Assembly (NCBI GenBank): GCA_010405405.1
Contig: MU004231.1
Location: 1,681,784 to 1,745,783 of the forward strand
Source of the DNA: Microthyrium microscopicum
Lineage: Eukaryota
Direction of reading: 5' to 3'
Length of the DNA: 64,000 bases
Shown: positions 24,987-37,730 of the stretch, piece after piece
Layout: every line of letters begins with the position of its first letter
Numbering within the stretch: position 1 is the first letter of the stretch
Position numbers and translations under genes: made by a program
Notes under the pieces: generated by a model
Seen by the model: only the letters and a program-made list of their open reading frames with translations
Told to the model about the DNA's origin: nothing
The model's database searches: none

Positions 24987-26732
24987 ATGGCCGGTGGGCC
25001 GAGTCCGAGCAGTCTAAGTCCCAACAACGGAATAAACTCTTCTTTCATACCGACATCATTCGCATCTTCAACTTCTCCACATCCTCATACTGCATTTGGT
25101 CCCCAAAGGTCCATGGCCGTGGACTCCCTTCCAGGAGTTGGCCCAACTGCGCATCCCTTCTCACTCAACACGATAACAGCGCGCAAACCTATGGAACACG
25201 CGCCAAATACTCTATTCTCCCTTGGACAACTCGAACCATCGCCTACTATCCTAGAAATGGATAACTTGCCCTCCATACTCATTCGCAAACTCCCTCGAAA
25301 CTGTAATTCGGATGTCTTGCGCTCAATGCTACTGTTCGCAAAGGACGTGGCAGATATGAGGTTTGTCGACTTTGACTTTCCTGATGACAAAGGATTTCAA
25401 ACTGCGATCGTACGCTTCAGTTCACTCGCTAGCGCGAACGATGCTAGAGAATTGCTCCATGGAAAGACTATGGGTGCCGATGCGACACCCCTGGTGGTCG
25501 AGGTACACAACGCGCCCGCAGGGCGACGCAATACTGTTGATGGGATTTCGTTGCGACACGGGCCAAACCAAGCTTCCTCAATGGCTCCAACCAACGGATT
25601 AAGACAAAGCTCGCGCTTTAATGGCACCTTTCAAAACTTGGAAAAGCTGTCTCCCCCTAATGGAATGGATACCTTACCTGCGCCCGAATCGAACTCTGCG
25701 AACATTCAAAGTCTGTTTTCTCCACAATCTCCATTGGCAAATTCTACCGTATCCAAGTCCATCATCAACGACGATCCAACGGACGAGACTGGCAAACTTC
25801 TCAATGATGCTGTCACATTCCCAAAAGGAGGGGACTCCACAAACCCAAACATGGGACGCCGACTAACCGCTCAGCACATGCCTATATCTCGATTTGGTAA
25901 TCTCTCGCTATCGACTGCAAATCAAAACGCAGGTCTTACTTCCCCACCCATGTCTGCAATGGTTTCACCTCGATCAATAGTTCCAAGTCAATCGCCAAAT
26001 CCAACAATGTCTCCAAGTGGCATGACTCCTCTCCCAGGACTAGGCCCAAATTCTGCCTACCCAATGCCACCGCAGCATTATCATCGACCAAATTATCCTC
26101 CAGTAAATCCAGCGGACCAAAACCCACCATGCAATACTCTATACGTTGGTAATCTCCCAATGGACACATCTGAAGATGAGCTCAAGGCCATGTTTTCCAA
26201 GCAGCGTGGCTACAAGAGGCTTTGTTTTAGAACCAAGGCCAATGGACCCATGTGCTTCGTTGAGTTTGAAGATACTTCTTTTGCAACGAAGACCCTCAAC
26301 GAGCTGTATGGGCAGCCTCTGCACAACAGTGTCAAAGGTGGCATTCGACTTAGCTTTTCCAAGAATCCTCTAGGCGTCCGCAGCGGACAAAATACCTCCA
26401 ATCATAGCATGATGAACTCGCATGGCTCTATGAGCAACATGGGCACCCATTCTGGACAAGGTGGATTTTCTACCGCTACTGGACCTCCACCTGGTCTATC
26501 AGCTCCACCTGGATTCACTAGCCCCAGCATGCCCAACATGAACGGTATGAACGGCATGAATGGCATAAGCGCTATGAATGGAAGTAACGGGCTCGGTCTC
26601 TACAATACCAATGGCTTCAGCGTCGCGGGGAATGGCTTCGGCGGATCAATGCGCCAGCCGCTTGCCAATGGTGTTCCTTCGTCAATGGCTGGAGGCCAAT
26701 ACTCTAATATGGATTACCACAACTACCGTTAG
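24987..26732 (+). CDS. WHI3: Whi3/Scw1-like RRM RNA-binding protein, intronless, with low-complexity regions
   Basis: Signature [67 protein letters not shown]; degenerate N-terminal RRM; MNG repeats. First in-frame ATG is 24987. Confidence 0.92.
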   Translation: MAGGPSPSSLSPNNGINSSFIPTSFASSTSPHPHTAFGPQRSMAVDSLPGVGPTAHPFSLNTITARKPMEHAPNTLFSLGQLEPSPTILEMDNLPSILIRKLPRNCNSDVLRSMLLFAKDVADMRFVDFDFPDDKGFQTAIVRFSSLASANDARELLHGKTMGADATPLVVEVHNAPAGRRNTVDGISLRHGPNQASSMAPTNGLRQSSRFNGTFQNLEKLSPPNGMDTLPAPESNSANIQSLFSPQSPLANSTVSKSIINDDPTDETGKLLNDAVTFPKGGDSTNPNMGRRLTAQHMPISRFGNLSLSTANQNAGLTSPPMSAMVSPRSIVPSQSPNPTMSPSGMTPLPGLGPNSAYPMPPQHYHRPNYPPVNPADQNPPCNTLYVGNLPMDTSEDELKAMFSKQRGYKRLCFRTKANGPMCFVEFEDTSFATKTLNELYGQPLHNSVKGGIRLSFSKNPLGVRSGQNTSNHSMMNSHGSMSNMGTHSGQGGFSTATGPPPGLSAPPGFTSPSMPNMNGMNGMNGISAMNGSNGLGLYNTNGFSVAGNGFGGSMRQPLANGVPSSMAGGQYSNMDYHNYR

Positions 26733-29432
26733 ATGCGACAACGATTTTATCAAGAAGAATATGCGACTCATGATTAGCAAGGCCGCTGACATTCGTTGAA
26801 ACTATCTGGGTGGTATCATAAAGCATCATTATGCATTTTGAACGCAGCATGACGGTTGCTTTTGCATGGCGTCTGCATACATTGGCGCATTTTCTTGCGC
26901 TTACACTTTTCTGCCCATACATCTACAGCATTTTGTTGTTTCTTTCCTTTTTGTCTTATTCTTGATTTCATTGGATACTCGATGCATTGCGAACGGTTCT
27001 GCATAGCTCGGCTTTCCAAATTCCTTTATTATACCACTCATGGATGGAGCACTTTACCGCAGGGTTTTTTAACCATCGGATTCGTCCATTATGCCAAACC
27101 GTGGCATAGACCTCGACTTCGGAAATGGCGTTTTCATACGCCAAGTATGGATTGCATTGGATTTCTTATGTCAACAAATGGTTCGGTAAACCCTGACCTC
27201 AACTTTTAAATCAGGACTATTCTGCGCCTTATTCCAGGAACGCAAACATATACTTCTTCTTTCGACACCGAAATCTGTACATGTATACATCTCATGGCGC
27301 ACCAGCAACACTGTCCCTACCATTATACCATGCATACAACCTTCTGGCATATTCGCGATTTTTCTTGTGTCCTTTCATCATTCTGGTTTTTTTCATTCTT
27401 CTATACCCCATCTTCCCACCATGTTCACTCGGGCATTGTTCAACAACAGCATATGGCGCCTGGCGTGAAGCATGGCATCTTGTTGAGAACGGGCTTCACC
27501 TTTTCTCAATACCCAAACACAATACCCAATGCAATACCCAACATCTATCCCCATTCTCATTTTCGAGACATTCACCATACCCCAACAACATGTTGCCATT
27601 TTTATAGTCGAGCATACGCGGGAAAGAGCGAGGCATGGAGTTTTTCGTTGCAGTAACCACATTGATGACACCATCAGGATAAAAGGAAGCGCAAGGGCGT
27701 TTTGGGAGGCAAAATCGGGACACTTTACAGAGATGTTTATTCATTCATACACCCCATTGTTGCGATGTTATTTTGTGCGGATTATATTCTTGGTTGCTTT
27801 CTCATTTGTATTCGCTGGATTTTGTTTTGCGGCTCGATATCCACCAGTTGTAGTTTTCATTCCAAGGCAATTGTAGTTCGTTACCCCTTTTGAACATTTC
27901 CAGAGCTCGAGTCTCGTGGGTTTCTATTCGTGTTTTTTTGGGATTGTAATCATTGAGCACAGCGGTGAAGGCACATCACGAGGTGTTTTTTGGTTGGGGT
28001 TTGCTGCCGTTGAGGTTCAATGAATGGGCTGGGTTAGAATCTTTAGCTTGGTTTTAGTGCGATATATACGATCGAGATCTTTGGCCTGTGGCTATAGGTC
28101 TGGTTTTTATTTTATTTCATGGTGTGTTGAATGCAACTGTTTTGGATCTCTCGTTTTATTGACTGTGTGCCAAATTGTCTCTCTCGCCAAGTTCTTGGTA
28201 CTCGGTACCTGGCTTATCTGTGACCATTAAGCAGCGACAGGGTGGGTGTTATGGGCGCTGATGGCTGCATCGTGAAGATCAGGGGCACTGGCGAACTGAT
28301 AGTGGGGGGTCACGATGGATTATGGGGCTGGGGTCCTCCTTCGGTACCGTTCGTTCCTGTTGTTCCCGGGCAGGCTGAAACACATAAAAAGAGCCTAAAG
28401 AGGCCGCCGGTCCCTGCCGTTTCCTTTGTTCGCTGCAGAGCCTCATTGTCCGTTTTGGGAAGTTGCGATGCATTTGTGATACTTTCTTAGCTTGAGCTTC
28501 CTTTGTGTTAAATATATCGCTCTGCTTGTGTGTACGTTTTTGATAGGCTTCTGAGTTGCTGTTCTGAAGGAGGATTTGCTGAGCTTGCGGCGTCGAGTCT
28601 CCCATACTACATACCATACTCTCTATAAAACCTGCAGATCACTTCCTACGTCATTCTACTTTTTTGTGCATCCTTACTTCTCCAGTCACAAAGGTCAGTC
28701 TTGGACAGTAATAGTTCGTACACGACGATGATCACTACAGCTATAGAACAAGTACAAGTCTGCGTCCCCTGGAACTGCAAGTAGTTGGTTGAAATAGAAT
28801 CTGGAGTACAGTCTTTAGCGCCCTGCATGGTGAGCCATAACCTGTTTGCTTCAACTTCATTCCTTACAACAGTTTGAGTCTACTTGCAGCCAAGAACTCC
28901 AGAATGAATACAATAGTCCACATGATCATGTTACTTCTCCATGGTCTCGCTACTAGTCGTTTGTGAGCTAAGTATTCCTTGTTTAATTACTCATCCTCCA
29001 GTCCCGTTCTTCTAACAATACATACCAAACATTGTTCCCATGCCCTACCTGTCACTCACTGCACGAATGACATTGACATCTGATATCCAGGAACAATTGG
29101 AAACGTGGAAACCTAAACACCCGTCTTCAAAACGGAGCCCAATTCACTTCATACCTCTCCTCATGAACTCATGACATCCTCAACTGTGACCGAAAATATC
29201 CAACTACGCCGCTTCACTCGTTCACACAAATCACACCCTCAAACGACCATCACCGAACCCTCAAACCCGCCTAAAAGCAAATCGTTCTTTGTAAGTCCCA
29301 TCAGAATCCGTTCAGAAACGACCGTCCATACACCACCTCTACAAACTCTCCCTCCACACAATCCTTCCAAACTCTCAGCATTACATGCCAACAACAACAT
29401 ACACTCTACCAACATTCCAACCAACTAACAGA

Positions 29433-29996
29433 ATGAAGAAGTCAAAGCAAACCCCAGCGCGCCAACGAGCAATGAACTACGTATCCGCCCACAACACCCC
29501 CTCCATCCCCGGCGGTCTCCCCCTAACCTACACCCGACTCCTCCTCCGCCTCTTCCAATTCATCCTCGGCCTCACCGTCTGCGGTCTCTACGGCACCGAC
29601 CTAGACGTCGCGCGCCAAGCGCACTTCCCCGTAGATTCACACTGGGCATATGCCGTCACCATTGGCGGTCTATCCGCCTTTGTAGCCCTGCTCTTCCTCA
29701 TACCGCAGATTCCGTGGGGCGCGGAAGGTGGGGCGGGGAAGGTTTTGTTTGCGATTGATGGGGTGTTGGCTTTGCTGTGGGTGGTGGTGTTTGGGATGTT
29801 TGGGAAGATGTATATTGGTGAGGATCCGGAGGATACGGGGCATGGGGATGGACCGGGGATCGTGAGGATGAAGAATGCGGTTTGGGTGGATTTGACGTGT
29901 GTGGTGCTGTGGATTGCTACGGCTGGGTGGGGGTTGTTTTTGTTTTTGAGGGGGAGGAAGGGGAGGACTTTACATACGGGGCGGGCGGAGGTGTAG
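29433..29996 (+). CDS. MARVEL-domain 4-TM membrane protein
   Basis: LRLFQFILGLTVCGLYG.D, W.YAVTIGGLSA, DGVLALLWVVVFGMFGKMY, RMKNAVWVDL motifs. Probable upstream intron 29291-29431 (GTAAGT..CTAACAG). Confidence 0.85.
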   Translation: MKKSKQTPARQRAMNYVSAHNTPSIPGGLPLTYTRLLLRLFQFILGLTVCGLYGTDLDVARQAHFPVDSHWAYAVTIGGLSAFVALLFLIPQIPWGAEGGAGKVLFAIDGVLALLWVVVFGMFGKMYIGEDPEDTGHGDGPGIVRMKNAVWVDLTCVVLWIATAGWGLFLFLRGRKGRTLHTGRAEV

Positions 29997-30341
29997 AGGG
30001 AAGGGCGATGTGCCGTGGATTGTGTTTGATGGTATGATATGGAAGCATGGAGTTTGGGGATCGATATACCACATGAAAGCGAACCTTTCTATGAAGCGAA
30101 GGTTTTTTGGGGGCTTGATTTCGAACTGTGATGGATTTGGTCAATATGGCTGAGCAGAGGGATTGGCAGGCAATCATTTGGCATGATAACACATTGATGG
30201 AACAGATATCTATCTTACAAACCCCAATGCGACACGTCATATCCCATCCTCTCAAGAACACCTGGCCGACAAAAACCCAACGCCATAGCATCAAAAGATT
30301 TTATAATCAACATCGTCGCCTTTCCCTATTACACCAACTTT

Positions 30342-31843
30342 TTACTGTGTCTTCTTGATGCCCGTTTGCTTTGCTGGAGCGCTCCATAGCCACACCGCAA
30401 CAAACGCCAGCCAGCCAGCAACAGTCACCCAGATTCCAGCAATCCAAGTCCAAGCACCGCTAATGTTCCAGCTACGTGGCCACTCATCGTGAGCAAAGTG
30501 GCGAACTGTTACTTCGCGCTTCTCGTCTACGTTGGACAGGAAGGGGCGCTTGTAGTTGACGCGGAAGTTGAAGATGCCGTGTTGGTCGGGAAGGGTGAAG
30601 GAGGTGGAGAAGAAGGTTGAGTTGGCGGTGGTGCCGGATGGCTCAAGACGGAGGCGGTGGAAGGGTGAGAGCATGCTGAATTCGAGCTGGACGACATCGT
30701 TTGCGTCTGGGGTGAAGGGTATGAGACGATCGTTGGAATATTCGGATAGTTCGATGGTAAATGTCTAATCATCATCAGCTCAAGGTATCTTTGCACCTTT
30801 AGTCAAACTTACCACATCGTTCTTGACTCGGTAGATCTTTGGGTTCAAGTCGCCGGCAGGATATAGGCTCTCGTTCAAAACGCCATCAGAGCCCGACTTC
30901 AAATGATGTTGCACTCGGCCAACCTTGAGCACGCCCACCTCCTTGAAAGTCCACGCGGTAAGCTGCTTAGCAAACTCGCTGTTCTGAGTCTTGCTAGTTC
31001 TACCATTGACTTCCACGACAGCATCAAACCACTTGTCTTCTAAAGCTTCGACTGATCCAAGAACAGTCAAACGAGCAGAGTTCCTGGCTTGAAGCGCAGA
31101 GACTAGAGCAATTTGTTCACCAGACGCATACAAGTCTTCTACAGTCTCTGTTTCCTCCTTGGGATTGTAAACATATGCGTTAGGGGACGCGCGAAGGATA
31201 GGCGCGAGCAGGGGGCTGTCATTGCCCAGGGTCTGGCCAACAGCCCGAGGGAAAGCAATTGGAAGTTTGCCAGCAAAGAAGTTCTTGAGGTCTGTACGCA
31301 GTGATTTTGGCGTAGGTACGACAAGGACGTCATGCTTTTCTGATGCGGAGCTTGAATCGTAGTTAAAGTGATCGACAACTACGGCCTGTCGGTCAGGGGA
31401 AATGTGAATATCGAGTTCGAGAAGGAGGGAGCTGATGGCAGCTGGAGTAGGATGATCTGCGGTCAGACCAAGGAGGATATTTCCTTCACTGTTGATGAAA
31501 TCTAGAAGGATTTTGGGACTGAGCGCAGGGCCGTATGCCTTGCCAGCTGGTGGTAGTAGAATAACGTGGTCGTAAGCTCGTTCTCCAAGACGGAAAAGGG
31601 AGAGTTTATCGCTTTTGGGAGATTCAAAGCTCAAATCATATCCTCTTGCTATCCGCGACTATCAGTATACACTTCTGACATCAATAATAGCGACGTACAT
31701 TTGAGTTGTGCCCATAGACTGGAGTACTGGCTTTGCTTGGATTCCTCTTCGAGAACAACGAGCAGTCTAGTGCCTGTGGAGCTAAGGGCCGTAGCCCAGC
31801 CTGCAAGAGCGGCAGCTATGAGAGGTAAGAAGGACCACCGCAT
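30342..31843 (-). CDS. WBP1: Oligosaccharyltransferase subunit Wbp1/OST48; 3 exons
   Basis: Signal peptide; SLFRLGERAYDH, LQARNSAR, LPDQHGIFNFRVNYKRP, VRHFAHDEWPRSW motifs; C-terminal TM and KKTQ (KKxx). Confidence 0.95.
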
Positions 31844-32100
31844 CTTCAGGAAATAGTGATGGTGGAGAGGAGGGGGACAATGCAAATGGGAGGTTTCGTT
31901 GATTTCATCCTGAACATTGCTTCAAGGCCACAGTAGCTGTTCAACCCAAAAAGGTCTAAGCACGCTAGCAGCAGTCAGCCAATCGGAGATCGTTACATCT
32001 CCCGCCACAACCTCCTACTTCAACAACAAGTGCATCTCCAACTCCAGTCTTCCTTTTCCTCCAAAGGTATGCAACAGGACCTCTGAATCACACAATGACC

Positions 32101-32482
32101 ATGTTCCGGGCTTCGCGCGTCCTCAGGGACTCCACCAGCGCCGCATTGAGTCCGTACTCTTCCCCTTCAAGCTCTGAACGCAGCTAACAACAACCAGGAC
32201 ACGAACAGATATATCCACGATTCTGGTCCCAACCCTTTCGATACATGCGATGGGCCGCACGAGAGAAACCCACCTTCTTTTGGTCCACCATCTTCGGTCT
32301 CGCCGGTCCCGTCATGCTTCTTTTAGCCCCTCCGATCAAGAAATACTACAACATACAAGACAGACCGCAGATACCCATCACATATCCAAGTAGGAATCAC
32401 AGGTCCGGCACAATTATATACCATGCTAACGCAAGTAGTACCCGTGGGCACGCGCAAGATTCCAGAAGGTTTTGATGATTAG
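32101..32482 (+). CDS. Complex I 9.5-kDa accessory subunit (NI9M/NDUFA3-like); 3 exons
   Basis: Spliced product ..PRFWSQPFRYMRWAAREKPTFFWSTIFGLAGP..PITYP/VPVGTRKIPEGFDD*. Confidence 0.85.
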
Positions 32483-32529
32483 ACAGTCTCAAATGAATCG
32501 ATTTACAAATTATCCATGCCTCCATTAAA

Positions 32530-32768
32530 CAACAGTTTCTCCTTGCTTCTGGTCCATATTATTCATGCCCTGGTAAAACACAACGATTTCTCCGTGTTCT
32601 GATCCAAATCATATAAAACATCAAGGTTATAACCATATTGTCTGAATAACGATCTAGCCACACACACTTGCACTTTCATAACACATACAGTCTAACAAAA
32701 ACAACCTGATAACACGTACAGTCCAAAAGAAAACAACCGATTAACACATACAATCTAACAGAAACAGA
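32530..32768. repeat. Degenerate tandem repeats between convergent genes (2 x ~50 bp, then 3 x ~31 bp)
   Basis: ATAACACATACAGTCTAACAAAAACAACCTG-like unit occurs three times at ~32678-32768. ACAAC..TTTCTCC..GTTCTG.TCCA occurs twice. Confidence 0.6.
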
Positions 32769-32867
32769 CTTGGTCCCAAAGCCATCACCAGTCGAGACTA
32801 TCAATCTTCCCTTCCCGGTCCAAGGTCACTTTCCAGTATTCCTTATGATTTTAATACAATGCTGTAG

Positions 32868-34829
32868 CTAAGCTTTGGGAGCAGTGGAAGCACCTACGGT
32901 CTTTGCCTTCTTCGCCAGAATATTTTGCTGCGTGTCGACAGCTTTGCGCTTGTCGCCCGGTGCAGTAGCTGGGCGCAATGCAACCTTCTGGAGAGATTCG
33001 CTGATTTTGGGCTTCTCACCTGGCGCAGAAGATGGGCGTGGCGTGGCCTTTTGCTGAGACTCGCTGGATTGACGCTTCTCGCTCTGTGCAGAAGCTGGAC
33101 GTGGTGTAGCCTTTTGTTGACTGTCACCAGGTTTGCGCTTCTCGACTGTTGTAGGAGTCATCAGCTGAGGTGTAGCCTTCTGGCGCGTCTCATCAGATAT
33201 GCGCTTCTGGCTCGCCTTAGGAGCAGGTTGCGCTGTCGTCTTTCGACGTGCATCGTCCGTCTTACGCTTTCCATCTGTAGCAAGGACTGGCTTGATTGCG
33301 ACCTTTTGGCTAGCGTTGTCTGTGACATGCTTCTCGCAAGTCGAAGAATCTTGGCTTGAAAGCGCCTTCGCTTTGGCTCCATCAGCTTTACGCTTTTCAA
33401 TAGCCGCAGGAACTGGCTGTGCAGAGACTTGGTGGGGAGTGTCCTTACGTCCACGCTTCTCAACGGTAGGAGTAGCAGCTGCAGGTGGGCTTGCAGATCT
33501 GGAATCGCGGACTTGGTGTGCTCCATTTGTTGAAACCTGTGGGTGGTGGTGGCGAGGACGCATGTATTCGACCATTGGCTCAACATTTGGTCGGTTCCAG
33601 TCAAGGGTCTGACTCTCCCCCCAGAGTGCCTTGATCTCAGTACGGCCGACATCAGCGCAAGTCAGATACTTGACTGGAGTCTCTGAGAGATCCAAACTGC
33701 TCTTGTTTTTCAACAATGCATCAACCTTGCCACTAACGGCATTTTTGAAATCGTCGAGATGAGCTTGAAGATTGTTCAGCCCACGTGTGCTCATTGCAAA
33801 GTCTGCGTGCCATTTCTCCATATGCTTGGGAGTGAGATATGCACCAGCCCCATGCTTGATTAGAGAATAGAAAGCGTAGCCTCCATCAGGTGCCAAACGC
33901 CCAAGTCCCTCTGAGAAAGCATACCCCAGGTATTCTTTGAAGATGCTAGCACACATCCAGTCGATCACTTCGTTAGCATAGCTAGAGCGGTTCTGACGAG
34001 CAGGTGAATCGATGCCATCGTACCGCTTGACTCGGGTGGGATAGTAACGCAGGAGATCGGCCTCGACATTTTTCTTGGCATTGGCGAGCTCCTGTACTTT
34101 TTGGGCACACAGATCATGGAGTTTGTTTGGCAAGCACTGCTTCTGATGGTCTGAGAATTGTGCCCATTGGCCGACGAGGTGAATGACCAGCTCTCTCACG
34201 ATAGTAACGCTGCCGATGCGAGTTGCCAAGTCTGACCAAGCCAAAGGATTCATGGCGACGTTGATCCACAAGTCTTGACCATACTCTGTGAGCATGCTTT
34301 CCACTTGACGGCTGACAACATGAATGCAACCTAAGGTCTCTGCCACGTTGACAATATCAGTGACTTCGTTCTTGATCTCGTACACCGTCACTCCTGAGGT
34401 TTTGAGAGGACGGTTGTAGATGGCATCAAATACTTTAGAGTACGTATCGCAGGCGGCTACCTGAGAGGCATCGAAATGGGCATATGATATACCAGGCAAG
34501 CTGATGGGTTTCCCATCAGCATCAAGATCCTACAGTGGTAGTTAGAAAGCAGCGCTAGAGTGCATTTGGGTGCTATTAAAACTTACAGTTTCTGTGAATT
34601 GTGTCTGGCCGTGCCTAAAGATTAGATCAAAGCGCCAGTGAATCGCATTCATAACCTTTCGTGAGCCTTGTTTTGTGATGAGCGGCTTCTGGGTAATTTT
34701 CTTGGAGAAAAACTGGCTATGGCGAGTCAAGATCTCAGAGTGAAGTCGAAAGTGGCGATGAGGTGCCAGGACAATGAGGACATTGCCATCAGTACATTCT
34801 GGATAGCCAGTGAAATCAACCATTTTCAT
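32868..34829 (-). CDS. Fungal hypothetical protein with N-terminal BTB/POZ-like segment and basic C-terminal 21-aa repeats; at least 2 exons
   Basis: DGNVLIVLA..FRLHSEILTRHSQFF, intron ~34531-34586, then a 543-codon ORF containing I.RE.VIHLVGQW. Start is uncertain. Confidence 0.7.
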
Positions 34830-36067
34830 TTGCTGGAGACTCCGCAAAATGAACAGAGATAATTATGGGTGGTTCGAGAAAGAGGCGAGGCTACAAACGC
34901 GACCTGATATTGGTCAAAGAGTCCAATATTAAGGATATGCTGCGAACTGACCCAGAAGCTTGGTCGTATAGGATTGGGTCCGTTAGAAGCTTTTAGCTTG
35001 CTGTTGGAGCTTTCAGTGTTGATGAAGCAGATGTAAGTTGCTCGCCGCCAGCAAAGATGATGATTCAAAGGTGAAGCAAGGATGCAGAAAAAGGTTGTAG
35101 TGAAGGAGAGGAAGAGATGGGGAACTAGGAGGATTGATTTGAAGAAGAGGGATTCTGGCAAACAGCAGGTCGCCTGGACACATGGCGGGTAGTGCTTTCC
35201 TAAGTAGTCTACACCTTGAGCTGCCTTGGCTACCCTTCAAATGGAAGGACCGCAGTGGGTGTGGATCAGCAGACATATAACTGGCAAGTTCGTACTTGCT
35301 AACTTGGGGAGGTAGCAATACTCGAGGCTGTGATGTCGCCTAAATATCATCGCTTATAGCAAGTGATAAGAGTATGAGGTAGTGGTAGCTTGCGGATTGG
35401 GGTACAGTAGCTACAAGGTGTCTGACCTTCATATAAGGTGCTTAGGCACATGGAAGAGAACAACGTAGTCGCTGAGGCAAGAGCACATGATGAATTGGCA
35501 TCAAGTAATCGCAGAAATGAATCACGTTAGGACAGATCATTTCAGGTTTAGACGCATACTCTGGTCTTCATAATATATAAGCAATTTATCTTAAGACTAC
35601 GCTCTTTATGCCTCAAAAGCTACTAAGAACGCGTAAATGGTTCTACTCGAGTCCTTGAAGTTTTGATAGACCTCTTCTGTGATACAATGCGTGTTGTCTG
35701 GGTGAGCTGATTGCAGGAGATGAAATCAATACCCGGCATATAAAGCATACTGTCACCTGCGAGGTGCTAAGTCAGTGACTTCAGCATGCCATGAGTCAAG
35801 TAGGTTTATTCTCCGAAATGCACCTATATGTGTTCGTAAGATCGTCAAATCAATAGCATGCCTGAAGTGCAGCTGAATACAAATTCATCGTCACCTGTTT
35901 CGAATCTGTAACTTCTTAAAGATTCTTTTGTTCGTGCTTTGTTACGTGGAGAATCACAATAACCTCTCCAGGTGGAAGATTTCACATTTTTCATTCTCAA
36001 AACCTGTAAAACTCTGATCTGGGACCTTCCTAATCATGCTCAACATTACAGTCACCGATTCCGTCCA

Positions 36068-36838
36068 TCATAGCTCCCGCCACGGACCGGTGAGATCTCG
36101 CGGTGCAGGCTTATTAGATTCTGACCACAGACGCTCTAGACGCTCTAGACCCTCTCTCAATCGCCTTTCGCTTTCATCCGCAAGCCGTTCCATATTCTCC
36201 CCTTTCTTCCATAGATCATACAGCATCGGGTAATGCACCACCTGATTCACACAATACTGTAGCACTCGGGCATCAAGTGGCCGTTCAATGAATTTACGTG
36301 GATCTTTCCGACTCTCCACAACCTCTCTTGTGTCCCTCCATTCATCCAGTGTTTTTTTGGGTAGTAAGTGTTGCTGACCATCGTTACCAGATTTCCAGAA
36401 GACATCCCTTTGCAAGCGCGTGTTTCCTGGCCCGCCATGACGTTTTGCATTCTCTAGTAGTTGCATGTCCAGGACGCTAGCAATATGGATTCTGTAGACC
36501 GATTTTGAGGCGAATACGGCTTTGGTGACATCCCAAAGACATTTCTGGATGGTGGCATCCGCTAGAATATCTCGAAGGGTTTGGCCGTTGCTTGATGGGG
36601 TGGTAAACGCAAGCTGGCCCAGAATATCGAGGTCAATTACTCGTGTAAGATCGCCGTTTGCTCCTGAACTGATGAGGATGGTGAGTAGATGCAGGGGCTG
36701 GGGGGCTATTAGGCCGATAACTATGCCATGGAAGTCGAGGTAGAGTTTGCTGGATTTAGTGATCGATGACAGGAATGTCTGAAGTTCGGAGACCGTTCTT
36801 ATCAACGCCGAGGCGTTAATGCTGGAGCTGGAAGCCAT
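36068..36838 (-). CDS. Fungal 3'-5' exonuclease (DnaQ/DEDD)-like protein with degenerate catalytic motifs
   Basis: LYLDFHG, IDLDILGQLAF..GQTLRDILAD..K..WDV, VLDMQLLENAKR, F.ERPL....QYCVNQV. Confidence 0.7.
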   Translation of the reverse strand: MASSSSINASALIRTVSELQTFLSSITKSSKLYLDFHGIVIGLIAPQPLHLLTILISSGANGDLTRVIDLDILGQLAFTTPSSNGQTLRDILADATIQKCLWDVTKAVFASKSVYRIHIASVLDMQLLENAKRHGGPGNTRLQRDVFWKSGNDGQQHLLPKKTLDEWRDTREVVESRKDPRKFIERPLDARVLQYCVNQVVHYPMLYDLWKKGENMERLADESERRLREGLERLERLWSESNKPAPRDLTGPWREL

Positions 36839-37730
36839 GGTGAGAATAAATTAGCTTCTGATAATCCGTAATAGCAGTAAAAGAAGATGAAACAGAAACT
36901 GACTGATGTTGGTGTTCTCCCGTACGAGGGATGGCATTGCTTTTATATGTATGTCCTCATCAATGACTGTCATTTGTTCCTGTCTCACATGGCTTTCTCT
37001 TCCATAAAAATTCAAAGAGAAAGTATCAGGCAATGAGTATATCGTATATCGATATCAAATACAATTAGTCCCAACAGATCGTGCGCTTGAAAGATACTGA
37101 GTCTTTGCAGTCAATCACACAAGGAAGGAATTTGTAGCTATTATTTCAATTTGCAACAGAAGACTACTCGTTTTCATTTCGTCTACTGCTGATCAATGTA
37201 CTCGAATTCCACACCAGCCAGGCGATCGAGTCAGTCATCTCGCCCATCTCGCCTTGCTATTCACGTGAAAAGTGGGCACAACCTTACACCACAAGACCTG
37301 ATCAAGCCTCAACGTGGACTCGTTCTGGCTTCGATTGTGTCAGACGCGGTCTAGTCATAGGACATATAACCATTTCAATAGAGCCTGTTGCTGGCGAGTC
37401 CTTGATTATTGCCAAGTGCTCCTTTTTGATAGCGAGGATCTGCTTAGCAATCCTCGGGCCCTTCTGCAACTGAATTTGAATTTCCTCCGGAGTGTCGAGA
37501 GCGGGAGCGCGAAATCTTACTCAGACTCCCAAGAATGCCTACGTGGATATGAGCTAGACGATACGAGATCATCTTTGGTGGTCGCATACATCATTGTTTC
37601 CTTTAGGTATATACGCTTCGCCGAGTTTGATGGAGTTGGTGCCTTCATGGAGTTTATTCTTCATCTTTTGAAGGTAGCATCGATGACCGCTGTTGGTCTA
37701 ATGAATGTGTTGAGGTTGCCTCACTGCAGC

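Noticed and set aside
26816..27893. Many 60-120 aa ORFs on both strands
   Set aside because: Best explained as chance ORFs in a long U-rich 3' UTR.
29460..30000. Sharp C-rich to G-rich skew switch within the MARVEL gene (also seen in the MFS gene)
   Set aside because: A common compositional gradient in fungal genes; no discrete complementary arms were found.
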